DNA of 64,000 bases, from assembly GCF_021869535.1 (NCBI RefSeq), contig NW_026262712.1, forward strand, positions 27,404,001 to 27,468,000, given 5' to 3'. A model generated the notes under the pieces. That model saw only the letters and a list, made by a program, of their open reading frames with translations. It was not told where the DNA came from and did no database searches. Shown here one piece after another: positions 49,103-60,398 of the stretch (positions are counted from its first letter, which is position 1; each line of letters begins with the position of its first letter). The stretch is from Mytilus californianus (taxonomy: Eukaryota). The position numbers and the translations under genes are program-made.

Positions 49103-52100
49103 ATGGCATCCAATATTGTTGATATAGATATGGATCAGTATAAAAAATTCTTTCTGGAAATGGAAGAAATGGAAGATATTACCCCAACTCCCCAAAAGCA
49201 GCAGTGTTGTAGCAACCCTAAAATGGAAGATATGGACGAAAGGACCAACATTTTTCAGCACTGTGGTACGAAGGTGCCTCAAAATATTGAGAATGATACT
49301 GCCGAAGAACCAAAAACTTGCGGCGCTTCGCTGAAGAGGAAGATAGGACAATTCTGCAAGAGCAAACCGTGGAAAGATGGGCTCTGCTGGAGACACAGTA
49401 AAGAACCACGCCAGCAGGAGGATACCCCAGTTGTAGGGAATATTGTGGTGAAAACCACCATGAAAGAACTTCGAAAAATCGCAAAGAAGGAGGGTCTTAA
49501 GGGATATAGTAGGAAACCCAAGGGGGAATTGGTTAAGTTAATTGAGACCAATACTGCCCACAAATTTACTCGCGAAGAGGTTTTTACCAAAAAGGAACTG
49601 AAGACTATTGCTAAAAGACGGGGAATTACCAACTATTCCCGACTAGGGAGAGCTGACCTGACCGAACTGGTGAAAAAGAACATTGAAAATGCCCCCGTTG
49701 AAGAGGAAATCAAAATTGTTAACCGACGCGATGCATTGAAAGGTGTATTTGGCACAATCACCATTGAACCCTTGAAACAGCATGATATGCTAACGTTTTT
49801 TAATGTAAGTCAAAGCACTATCGCCAGCACAATTTCAGATGCACTCACCAAAAAGAAGGCCCTAAAAGTGCAATTAGTACTACAGGTGGAGATGGTAAAA
49901 ACAAACCCAGCGACCGGAGAAAATATCTACGTCATTCCCCACTTTAGATCAACCCTTACCACCATCACCGAATCCACAGACCTTGAGTTGGAAATAGCAT
50001 TTATGGTCGAGAAGGCCAAAGAAAATATGGCTAAATACATGCGTGAAGGTAGTGGGTGGACATTTGGTCATATTGAAAAGCTAGAAATCCACTTAAACAA
50101 GTTTAAACCTCTCAAGGGCAGTTCCTACATAGCATTGCCAAAACCGCTCGCTCAAAAGAAAGCTATCATCAATGTGCAGAATACTGATCAGGAATGCTTA
50201 CGCTGGGCCATTCTTTCAGCCCTACATCATGAGGAAGTTGACAAACACTGTACCAAACGGGTGGGTCAGTACAAAAAGTGGGCTGATGAATTCAATTTTG
50301 ATGGCATTGAGTTTCCAGTCTCGCTAAAGGCCATTGACAAATTCGAGAGGCAGAACACCGACCTAAACATTAAATTCTTTGGCTTTGACGGTGTAAAGAA
50401 GGGTGAAGATGAAGAAGAGGACCTCCAAATATATCCCCTCAGAATATCTAAGAATACAGGTTCGAGACATGTGGATCTTCTGTTCCTGACCAATGAGAGC
50501 AAGCAGCACTATTGCTGGATTAAGAGCCTATCTCGATTTTTGAGCTGTCAAATCTCAGAGCATGGTCATGAACTGTTCTTTTGCCGCAGGTGTTTGTCTC
50601 ACTTCTCAAGACAGGATATCCTGGACGAGAATATGGAGTATTGCAGTCAGAAGGATGCAGTAAGGATCGAGATGCCAGAGGAAGGAACCCACATAGTCTT
50701 CCATAACCACAAAAAGTTGATGAGGGTTCCATTCGTCATTTATGCGGATTTCGAGTGTTTTACGGAGAAGGTCGACACTTACCAGCCAGATCCATCACAG
50801 GCCTACACAAAGGCATATCAACAACATCAACCATCAGGTTTTTGCTTTGGGTGAAATATGCTCACGGTGGTTACAAAGACTCAGTCATCTACTGTGGAGA
50901 GGATGCAGCTAAAAAGTTTGTACAGTGCATGGAGCAGGAAGTTAGGGAGATTGCTAAGCTTTACAAGGAAAACAAACCTATAGAGATGACCAACGCTGAT
51001 AAGGAGATTTTTGAAGCAACTACAAACTGTCACATTTGCGGTGGTGAATTAGCTGGTGACAAGGTTCGCGATCACGATCACCTCACAGGTAAGTATCGCG
51101 GCGCAGCACACAACCAGTGCAACTTGGACTTCCAACTTCCAAGACATGTACCCATTGTTTTCCACAACTTGAGTGGATACGACGCCCATCTTTTTGTGAG
51201 CGAATTAGGAGTTGGGGAAGGTAAGATAAACTGCATCCCTAACACCGATGAGAAATACATCAGCTTCTCGAAAGAAGATTCATAGATTCATAGATTCATA
51301 CAGGTTTCTACCGAACTCCCTGGAAACCTTGGCAGGGAATCTTACAAAGGAACAATTCGGGGCAATAAAGAAGTGCTTTGGCGATCGATATGAACGTATG
51401 ATCAGGAAGGGAGTATATCCCTATGATTACATGGATGGACCTTCCAAGCTAGAGGAAACACAACTACCACCCAAGGAGGAATTCGTCAGCAAACTCCATG
51501 GCACACACATCAGCGACGAGGACTATGCACATGCTTAGCAGATGTTTAAGGAATTTAGGTGTAAGACTTTGCGGGACTACCACAATCTATACCTGGAAAG
51601 TGATGTAGCCATATTGGAGGATATTTTTGAGGACTTCAGGAATATATGTATGGCTAACTATAAACTCGACCCTGCACACTATTTCACATCTCCAGGACTA
51701 TCCTACGATGCAATGCTAAAATGTACAGGAGTGAGACTAGAACTCCTCTCGGACCCTGATATGCTGATGATGTTTGAGAATGCAACCAGAGGAGGTGTCG
51801 CCATGATCTCTCATCGACATGGCAAGGCTAACAATCCCTACATGAAGAATTTTGATAGCTCCCAGCCAACTAAGTATTTGACCTATCTTGACGCCAACAA
51901 CCTCTACGGATGGGCGATGGTACAATCTCTGCTCACGGGAGACTTTGAGTGGGTAGAGCCAGAGGAGATTGAGGAGATCCTAGAGTACCCCGATGACCAT
52001 GAATATGGTGCCATGGTGGAGTGTGATTTGGAGTACCCCGAAAAGCTTCATGATGCTCACAATGACTATCCACTAGCTCCAGAGAATGTGGAGATAAATA

Positions 52101-53095
52101 AAGCTAGTGCCTCACCTAGGTAAGCGCGAAAAGTATACTCTCCACTACGAAAATTTCAAAATGTACATGACGATGGGCATGGAACTCACCAAAACACGTC
52201 GGATTATCAGGTTTAGACAATCCCCATGGCTCAAACACTACATCGATCTTAACACCGCTCTCCGCACCAAAGCTAAGACCGATTCTGAGAAAGACTTTTT
52301 CAAACTTATGAATGTCTCAGTTTTTGGAAAGACCATGGAGAACATCCGCAAGAGGGTGGACGTCAGACTGGTCAATAGTGAGAAGCAGGCACTTAAGCTT
52401 GTGGCCAAACCCAACTTCGATCGTCGGGTCGTCTTCACCAACAACTTAGCAGCCGTCCACATGAAAAAGACCAAGCTTAAGTTTGATAAGCCTGTGTATT
52501 TGGGAGCCTGTATTCTGGACATTTCAAAGATCCTGACGTATGACGTTCACTACGGTTTCATCAGGAAGATGTACGGTGACAACGCCCAGCTGCTCTTTAC
52601 CGACACTGACATCTTGGCCTATGAGAATAAGACCGAGGACTTTTACAAGGACATATTACACCACACATCCAAGAAAAATTCGATACCTCCAGCTACCCTA
52701 CCGAGCATCCTTCAGGCATTCCCACCGGTGTAAACAAAAAGGTGGTTGGAATGTTTAAGGACGAGTGTGGTGGTAAAGTGATGACAAAGTTTGTAGGTCT
52801 CCGGGCAAAGTTATACTCCTACAAGATGAACGACCACACTACCACCAAGAGAGCAAAAGGAGTAACAAAGTCTGTCATCAAACAAAACATCACCTTTGAT
52901 GAGTACAAACAATGCCTAGACACTCAGCTGGAAATATGTAAGCCGATGAACATCATCCGCAGCCGCCTTCACCAGATCTACACCGAGGAAATCAACAAAA
53001 TAGCACTCTCGGCCAAGGATGACAAGCGACATATTCTGGAGGATGGGATCAGTACTCTTGTCCATGGACATTACAAAATCGAAAAGGAAATCTAA
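49103..53095 (+). pseudogene. polB: Protein-primed family B DNA polymerase (pPolB) with N-terminal extension and Endonuclease VII-like insert; ~4 frameshifts and 1 stop
   Basis: EGSGW..YIALP..KAIIN, ExoI FVIYADFEC, CHICG..KVRDHDHLTGKYRGAAHNQCNL, ExoII HNLSGYDAH, RKGVYPYDY, motif A YLDANNLYGWAM, motif B KLMNVSVFGK, motif C FTDTDI (altered). Frameshifts near 50850, 51290, 52105 and 52660; TAG at 51536-51538. The frame is open upstream to 48788. Confidence 0.95.
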
Positions 53096-53125
53096 AGGCC
53101 ACTTTTGATTCGTATAAATAAAGTA

Positions 53126-53376
53126 ATGGGTAAAAGTAAACGCAACAATTATACAAAATTCACCAGGTATGCTGGTTGGGTCAAGAATGTATTAATGAAT
53201 ATCGCCAGAAGATGGAACTCTATAAAAAACAAGATAAACTCAGAGACCGTTTGGAGAAGAGAAAGGCTGAAGAGATTAAAGAACAAGAAGCTGAAAAGAT
53301 CTTAGCGATGAGGGAATTTACCAAAAATTATTACAGGATTTTACAACACCTCAGCAAGCTAGGATTAAATAAATGA
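53126..53376 (+). CDS. Small basic/coiled-coil hypothetical protein, probably frameshifted
   Basis: TATAAATAAAGTAATG start at 53126 (MGKSKRNNYTKF..); overlapping helical frame 53176-53376 (INEYRQKMELYKKQ..). Confidence 0.5.
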
Positions 53377-53791
53377 GCAGCATACGTGTGCACAACATAA
53401 CCCTCCCCAATAAACCTCTTTCGAATGTAGACCTCGTGAAAGCCACCAGGGACCTAGGAATCCTATGTTTCAGAGGGGTTTTCATGCGAGATACCCTACC
53501 ACCCAGCCCGCGCCGCATCGAATGTGGAATCTTGAATCACGATAGCTGGGAAGGTCCTGGAACGCATTGGACCTGCTGGTATAAACGTGGGCCGGTAAAG
53601 TATTACTTGACTCCTATGGATTGCCACCGCTTGACGAGATGGTGAACTACTTACAGCCTGAAATTCGATATAGCACCGATGATTTACAGCAGCGAGGCTC
53701 GGTGGTGTGTGGTCACTTTTGTTTGTACGTGTTAAATATGCTGTCGGCGGGGAAGTCGCTAGAGGACGCGGTCTTCTCATTCTATAAATAA
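53373..53791 (+). pseudogene. Adenain-like (adenoviral-type) cysteine maturation protease, one frameshift
   Basis: GPGTHWTCW (His), (F)DSYGLPP (Asp) after a frameshift at ~53607, LQQRGSVVCGHFCL (Gln, Cys); stop 53789-53791. Confidence 0.9.
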
Positions 53792-54339
53792 ATGGATAAG
53801 TTTGGATCTCATGCAAGAAAGCGCGCATCCCTTTGGCGAATGCTGCAGGATTTGGATATGAACGACAATCGTATTAATACAATAGCCTAGGACATCCCCA
53901 GGACAGCTCGGATGCTGTGACAAAACGGTGGGTAACCCAACAAATGAAAGATGGTATAAAAGACATCAATGACCTGGAGGCTGCGCTTGAAGCAATTTCA
54001 AAAGAGCTCGAGGCGATGAAAAAACACCTGAACGGTCTCGTGAAAGATGTGGTGAAGTGTTTGCCTATGGCCGGCGGTATGATGAGTGGTGCCCTGGATA
54101 TGCAGGGATACTCGATCGTCAATCTTCCAGAGGGGGTGGCGGCACATGAACCGGTAACCAAAGGATGGTATGCGAAGAACTATGTAGATCTAAGCATGGC
54201 GATTCAAAAGAAAATAAACACCATCGAACAGAAGGTGAAATCTTATCACACGACGGACAGTAGCTGGCGCGAATTGGATTCCATATCTGAGGAGGACCAG
54301 CGCATCGACAGAATCAAGGCGAAACTTATGAAATTATAA
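53792..54339 (+). pseudogene. Putative fibre/spike-like protein with two LDM-x4-I-x-(N/S)L...(A/P)VTK repeats and a coiled coil, one frameshift
   Basis: LDMNDNRI..SLGHPQDSSDAVTKRWV (frameshift ~53878) and LDMQGYSIVNLPEGVAAHEPVTKGWY separated by a heptad segment. Confidence 0.55.
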
Positions 54340-54395
54340 GGTAACACAGCAGAGTTTTCCTGTCCTATGAATTAGGACAAGAAAACTTGACTAGT

Positions 54396-55807
54396 CTATT
54401 GCACATCTGCAGCTTTGACCCAAGAGTTGAATTCCGTGGGATACCCCCTCCACTTGACGTAGAGCTCTTTTATCCCTCCCCGGGTTCTCCGGCGCAAGAC
54501 CTTCTCGATGCGGTAGATGTTTTGATCAGTCTTTTGAAGTTCGGGCTCATAGAAGGATCCCTGAATTTCCTCGCCACTAAAACCTTGAAGCGATAGGTGG
54601 GCGGCTGAGTGTTCAACACTAGGGAAATGGTAAATACTTCCTCAGTCCAGCTGGGTGTGTATCCCTTCTCGAATGTACCTTTCTTCTACGTGATTCGGAC
54701 TTTATCGCCAGCACGAAATCGTGGTGGTTTCATGGGAGGTATGCTTCCATAAAGGTTTCAATACACCTTATTTTCATGCTCCTTGTGACTTGCGGCGACA
54801 GGGGTCATTTTGATGGATCGGTGCTTGGTGGTATTGTACTGGCGAACAAGATTATTCAAAACATTGATGTAGGTGCGTGTAGAGTTGGCCGAGAAATATT
54901 TGAACATTTTCTCTTTCATGGTGCGATTCCAGCGCTCAACCACACTCGACTTCTCCTCATTTTCGGTGGAGTAGAGCTCAATATCATGCTTTTGAAGCAG
55001 CTGATTTACATCCTTGTTGTAAAACTCAGTGCCTTTGTCTGTCCAAAGCTTCTTGGGCATACGCTCCTTGAACACCGCTTGAAAGGCATCTCGCACCGTC
55101 ACCCCCTTCTTGTTTTTAAGTGGTATCAACCAGCCATATTTGGAGAAGACATCGATGATGCTCAGGATGAACTTATTTCCCTTGTTGTCTCTAGAAAAGG
55201 CACTCATCAACAATTCGGCCGCCCAGGTCTTATCCACACCACCCACTACCACACGGCATTTTTGAAACTTACGTCGAACTGGTTTGTGCAACTCCGCAGC
55301 TAAATCATCGGTCCAGCGAACTTTTTTTTTAACACCCAGACCGAATCGAGCTTTGGTACCGATGATGGGTCCGACGATGCTGCGGTCCATGCGTTCGCGT
55401 GTGGTAGGGTTGGGAATGGTGTTAAGCGAGGCTAGCATAGCTTTGTCACAGATGGAGTTGCGTGCGGTTGTATCCTTGTGCTGGGCATAACAAAGATCGT
55501 GAGGATATGCAGCCTGGTCCACTCGATTAATGGGTTTGGACCAAGCCTTCGGGGTGCCATCGGGGAGTAGTCGCTTGCTAAGTTTAGTCCCTGGCCCGGT
55601 GAAGTTGTGTCCGGGGAGATGCATTTCCATGGGTAATCGGTTGATTAGTTTGTTCATGAACCCTGCACCGGTTGTAGCAGCAAACTGAGACTTCTTGGTT
55701 CCGCACACCTTGCAGTTGCCAAACTTCCTCCGTCGCCCGTTGCTGGTAATTGTTTCACCAGGGTTAACTGTGTCCGTCTTCCTACGGCATTTTACGCAGA
55801 AGATCAT
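54396..55807 (-). pseudogene. Fusion protein: zinc ribbon (DUF5679-like) + parvoviral-type phospholipase A2 + retroviral-type DDE integrase + chromodomain
   Basis: ATG at 55807; MIFCVKCRRKT..CKVCGTKK; HNFTGPGT..DQAAYPHDLCY; TWAAEL (first D altered), WTDKGTEF, VVERWNRT; after stops (54758-54760, ~54690) and a frameshift: GDKVRI..FEKGYTPSW..YRIEKVLRRR..LYVKWRGYPTEFNSWV, stop 54396-54398. Confidence 0.9.
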
Positions 55808-55826
55808 CGTTATTTTATTTAAATAA

Positions 55827-56588
55827 ATGAACGTCGAAGACATTTCCTACAGTGCCAACGCCCCCAAGAGGAGCAATCACTACCTCCTACCGCAGCGGTC
55901 GATCAGAGGGTTGATCATTGGGAAGTCGGACTGTGGTAAGACAACGCTGTTGAACAACCTACTCCTGTGCGATGGATGGCTCGACTACGATCGATTGTAC
56001 GTCTTCGGAAAATCACTTCACCAGCCCATCTACCAGCTGTTGCAGCAAGCGCTGGGAAAAGGCTTCCCTAAGGAAGATATTCGAGACCTCCTACAGTGTA
56101 AGAGCAATTAACCCTACTCGTTGATCGATGTGGTCGACGCCTTACTACCACCACGACACCCGAGTGGTATTGACACTTTTTTCTTCGAGCAAGGGATCGA
56201 TGTACCAGACCCCCGGGAACTCGATCCCAGCCGCAAAAACCTCATGGTGTTCGACGATTTGATGCTGAGCAAACAGAACACGTGTGAAGACTACTACGTG
56301 CGCGGTCGTCACAACAACGTCGATTGTTTTTACCTGTGTCAGAACTACTTCAAACTACCCCGACAAACGATCCGAGAAAACGCAAACTTTATCTATCTCT
56401 TCCAGCAAGATGCTAAGAGTCTCGATCATATTCGGCGCGATCACTGCAACGATCTTACCAAGGAACAATTTGACGCTCTGTGTAAGCATTGCTGGTCCCA
56501 ACCCTATGGATTTGTAACCATCGATCTCACAAGCCCCAAGGCAAATGGAAAATATCGATGCAAATTAGAAGAGTTCTATGTAAACTAA
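55827..56588 (+). pseudogene. A32/FtsK-like DNA packaging ATPase, in-frame stop at 56109-56111
   Basis: Walker A GKSDCGKT (G>D), Walker B MVFDDLM, RGRHNN..QNYFKLPRQTIRENAN; both ORF halves in the same frame. Confidence 0.9.
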
Positions 56589-56601
56589 TTATAATAAAGG
56601 G

Positions 56602-57087
56602 ATGGCATCCAATATTGTTGATATAGATATGGATCAGTATGAAAAATTCTTTCTGGAGTGGGAGAGTGAGGAGTCGGAGAATGAGATAGAACTGGAGCTG
56701 GAGTTTGGTCCTATGGATCCTATTAAGCCAAAGAGTATTTGGTCATGCAAATGTAAATTTGAGTGGAACCCAGTAGATATGATAAGCATGTGTTTGAAAT
56801 GCGGTCGCATAATCACCCGCACGATCGATAGCAGTGGAGGTGATTTCGACGCGTGGAACTCTGGCCGTCTGTATGGTAAGGTGGAGCGCTTTTCTCAACC
56901 CCAATGCCCTACCAAGACGATTCGAGGCCATCAGTGCACACACCCATGCCGCCCTGGTAAAGACCTATGCGGCAGACACTTTAATCTTGCAAAGAAAAAG
57001 GGAACCGTAGTGGATACGGTCGATACCCCTAGCGATTGGGAAAGGCGTCTGAACCTTCCCCCAGGCGCTTGGGAGCGTTTCTCCTAA
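56602..57087 (+). CDS. Hypothetical 161-aa protein, acidic N-terminus and Cys/His zinc-binding motifs, open frame
   Basis: CKCK..CLKCG and CPTKTIRGHQCTHPCRPGKDLCGRH; first 61 nt near-identical to 49098-49158. Confidence 0.7.
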   Translation: MASNIVDIDMDQYEKFFLEWESEESENEIELELEFGPMDPIKPKSIWSCKCKFEWNPVDMISMCLKCGRIITRTIDSSGGDFDAWNSGRLYGKVERFSQPQCPTKTIRGHQCTHPCRPGKDLCGRHFNLAKKKGTVVDTVDTPSDWERRLNLPPGAWERFS

Positions 57088-57200
57088 CGCTTAAGGGCGT
57101 CCACACCAACGCTTAAAGGCGTTCGATCCAACGCTTAGGGGTGCTCAAACCAACGCTATGGGGCGTTCACACCAACGCTTAGGGGCGTTCGACAGCGTTC
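57085..57200. repeat. Intergenic array of ~22-bp palindromic units (AACGC-N6-GCGTT), ~5 copies
   Basis: AACGCTTAAGGGCGTC, AACGCTTAAAGGCGTT, AACGCTTAGGGGTGCT, AACGCTATGGGGCGTT, AACGCTTAGGGGCGTT separated by 5-7 nt linkers. Confidence 0.85.
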
Positions 57201-57214
57201 GATCTTATAAATAA

Positions 57215-58086
57215 ATGACGTTTATCAAGATTACCGACCCTAAGCAGCGTGAGGCACTTGCCAGGGAGTTGCAAGACACCAAGCGGAAGATTCAAGCCAG
57301 TAATATGCAGCATCGTCTCGACAAGATTGGACTTTCCAGGGTGTTCAAGCCTGTTGTTGAGGCTCAGCGGGAAGCAGCTTCAAAAATCACCAAAATAATC
57401 GAAGATTTACCTGCAGCAGTGCCAGCCTTCCCTCCTCCACCGCCCGAGTTTGCTGATCCACTACCCATCGCACCACCTACAAACACCGTCCTCGGACCAC
57501 GAGCACAGCAGTATTTGCAGCTCAGTATGACTCCTTCCGCCGACCACACCTGATCTGAAAACGATGGTATCTTCATCGGAAGCTCACCAGTTACTTTTGA
57601 CGATGATGATATTTTCGTAGATGGTGTGAGGTACAAAGGAACCCTTGGCCTCTGGGAACTCATGGTAAAAAAGAATCCAGAATCGTTCGAGCCCGAAGAC
57701 CTAGAGGACTATGCACAGATCCTAAAAGTTCCGGTGCCATGTATCAAGGCAATTCCACCCTCTCGAGAACCCCGAAGGCGAATAAGGGTTACAAGTGGAA
57801 GGAAATCGTGTCCCACATCTACAAGAAGGATAAGTTTGGTAGTGGGCTGCAAACCATATTTCTTCCTTCCAACTTTAAACAGCTTCTCGATCGCTTGGAA
57901 CTCTGTGCTGCAGCATACCAAGCAGGAAATAATGGTATGCGCAACGAAATTGTGTCGATTATCGATGCTATGAAAAGGGGTAGACATATTAGCATCGATG
58001 AATATAAGGCGCTTCATCGTAGTATCCTAAAAATTAATGTTGCAAATCAAGAAAGGTTATGCTCGAAAGTACGCCTACGGTGGTAA
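57215..58086 (+). pseudogene. Conserved Polinton/Maverick hypothetical protein, one stop and one frameshift
   Basis: FKPVVE, Pro-rich linker, YKGTLGLWELM, KANKGYKW, LPSNFKQLLDRLELCAAAYQAGNN..NEI; TGA at 57551-57553 in frame, frameshift ~57730. Confidence 0.7.
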
Positions 58087-58384
58087 AGGACTGTTTGACA
58101 CAATCGCCAGTTTGGCTGGACGCATGTTTACTTCCTCTGCCGCCCAAACCCTAGGAAGTAAGGCCGTGAGTGCTGCCACCAATGCGGCCTTGAAAGGTGT
58201 TGAGAAAGGGGCTTCCAAAGCCGTCGACCATGTGGTTGATAAAGTGACCCGCCCCAGGAAACGTATTAAAACCCCTCAACAGCCTAGTGTTCAACGCAAG
58301 AAGCCAGAGCAAGTTCGGTTAAACAATCTAATCTCCGGCTCTGGTATCAAAACCATCCACGACTTCGTCCAACGCTATAAATAA
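58037..58384 (+). CDS. Small basic virion core / membrane-active protein with amphipathic helix after GGKG, open frame
   Basis: YAYGGKG-LFDTIASLAGRMF amphipathic segment, Ala-rich helix, basic RPRKRIK; located directly upstream of the MCP. Confidence 0.65.
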   Translation: MLQIKKGYARKYAYGGKGLFDTIASLAGRMFTSSAAQTLGSKAVSAATNAALKGVEKGASKAVDHVVDKVTRPRKRIKTPQQPSVQRKKPEQVRLNNLISGSGIKTIHDFVQRYK

Positions 58385-58391
58385 ATACATT

Positions 58392-60392
58392 ATGTCTGAC
58401 ATCCTTACAATCACCGAAGGGTTGACCTTCGACGAAAGTCTCCAGGAATGTCGGTTCGAGAATACGAACCACAAGCCGGTGCCCAGCTGAACAATCCCGG
58501 TGCTGAAATCCGAATCAACATCGAAACCCAGGATTTGTTCCTACACCCCGCCGAAAGTTATCTCGTGGTGGAAGGTCGACTTCTCAAGAATGATGACACA
58601 GCATATGCCGATGGCGATCTTGTGTCGCTCACCCATAATGCTATCATGTATCTCTTCAAGAGCATCAGTTACAGGCTTTCCGGTCAGCAGATCGAACATA
58701 TTAACGACCCCGGCATCGCCACCACTATGCTTGGAATGTTAACCTACCCCGACGACTTCTCCAAATCGCAGGGTCTCAACCAACTGTGGTATAAGGATTC
58801 TTCCGCCGATGCTGAGGCTGAGAACACTGGATTTGCAGCCCGCCATATATACATTATCACCAAGCCCAACAACAAAGGATCGTTTTCGTTTGCCATCCCC
58901 CTAAAACATATTTTTGGATTCGCAGATGATTACAACAAAATAGTGTACGGGTTCAGACACGAACTCTCACTCGTTCGCGATTCAAATACTGTAAACAGGG
59001 AAATTTTCGCTATTTTCGCGGTAAGAATTGAAACGCGAAAATAAAACGACCGCGAAAATTTCAAGGATATTTTTTTCATAAGATGAAGACCATCCATGTA
59101 CGTATATAACAAGGATATGTACAGGACCACTGTATAACATCGATTTTTACAGACGACAGATCTATTCCTCAAATCATAACTGTATTTCTAAATGAAAAGC
59201 AATGTTATAAATCATGACTTTAACTCAAGTTAATATTCTTAACATGGAAGACATCTTAAGCAAGCGGACATTACGGGATATTGTTAGGTAAACAACGCTC
59301 GTTACAAATATGTAAATGACACCTGCCAATCAATTTAAAAAGTATTGCCTCATTGAATCTGCTTCACAGATTAATCAGATAAAAAGATCGGTTAATTGGC
59401 ATTAATCCTAACAACATTTAATTTACCCTAAATTATGTTTCTTTTCTGTTTATTTTGTATGTGTTTTTACAAGCAAACATGACACAACTTTTAATCCTAA
59501 ACATTAATGAACCGAAAACAAAAGATTTCTGATTGATTTTATTACTTGATTTACGGTACATGTGCAGCTGCTCACATTCTAAATCATTTATGAAAATATT
59601 TATATAGACCACTGGGATATCGCGAATTCATAACGGCGCGAATTTAGATTGTGTTAATAAATCGCGAAATAAAGACGGCGCGAAAATTTCCCGGTTTACA
59701 GTACTAATGCCATTTTGAGAGCAGCTGCCGTCAACGATCCGGCAAAGATCGTCCTGAGTAAACCATCGTGGTTCGTCCCTCACATCAACCCCTCAGACGA
59801 AAATAAGATGCAACTGTACAAAACCATCCAAAGTAAATCCAAAATCCACTGTGGATTTCGCATGAGACAGTGTGATTCCATAGCCGTTCCCAAAGCCTCA
59901 CAGTTTAACTGGCGTCTAGCTGCCAAGAGTGGTCGCGAAAAGCCTAGATATATCATCGTTGCCTTCCAAACTAACAGAAGTGGTGATCAAACCCATAATG
60001 CTGCCGAGTTCGATCACTGTCGATTGCGAAATATCCATGTCACCCTCAACGCTGAACGGTATTCAGCAGTCGATTATAATGCAGTTTTCAACGAAAATAG
60101 GATCGCCAGAGTGTTCAAAGAGGCCTCTGACTTCAGAAAGAAATTCCACAACATGGAAAGTCTCCTCAGTAATGGTGGTATTAATCCCTCCGATTACATC
60201 GACTTGTACCCCTTGTTTGTAATCGATGTGAGTCATCAGTCTGAGCGTCTCAAAGAATCTACTGTAGACATTCAGATCCGGGCCGAATTCGCCCGCAATG
60301 TTCCAGCCAACACCGAGGCGTTTGCACTTGTCATTTCCGACAGAATCCTACAGTTTGAATCCGATGGTCAAAAGATGAACGTTGTGTACTAA
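58392..60392 (+). pseudogene. Double jelly-roll major capsid protein (hexon-like), interrupted by a MITE (58989-59701) and frameshifted at ~58445
   Basis: EYEPQAGAQLNN..IRINIE..LHPAESYLVVEGRL, FAIPLKHIFGFADDYNK..HELSLVR; C-half KIVLSK.SWFVPHI, KPRYIIVAFQT, FDHCRLRNI..LNAERY, PLFVIDVSHQ. Removing the MITE and one TA restores ..DSNTNAILRAA.. in frame. Confidence 0.9.
58989..59701. mobile_element. 713-bp MITE with TA target duplication inserted in the capsid gene
   Basis: TA|CTGTAAACAGGGAAATTTTCGC ... GCGAAAATTTCCCGGTTTACAG|TA; AT-rich interior contrasting with the viral coding DNA. Confidence 0.9.
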
Positions 60393-60398
60393 AAGTAA

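Noticed and set aside
57085-57200. Possible CRISPR array or telomeric repeat
   Set aside because: Linkers are 5-7 nt with no unique spacers, there are no cas genes and the context is eukaryotic; TTAGGG appears only twice and not in tandem.
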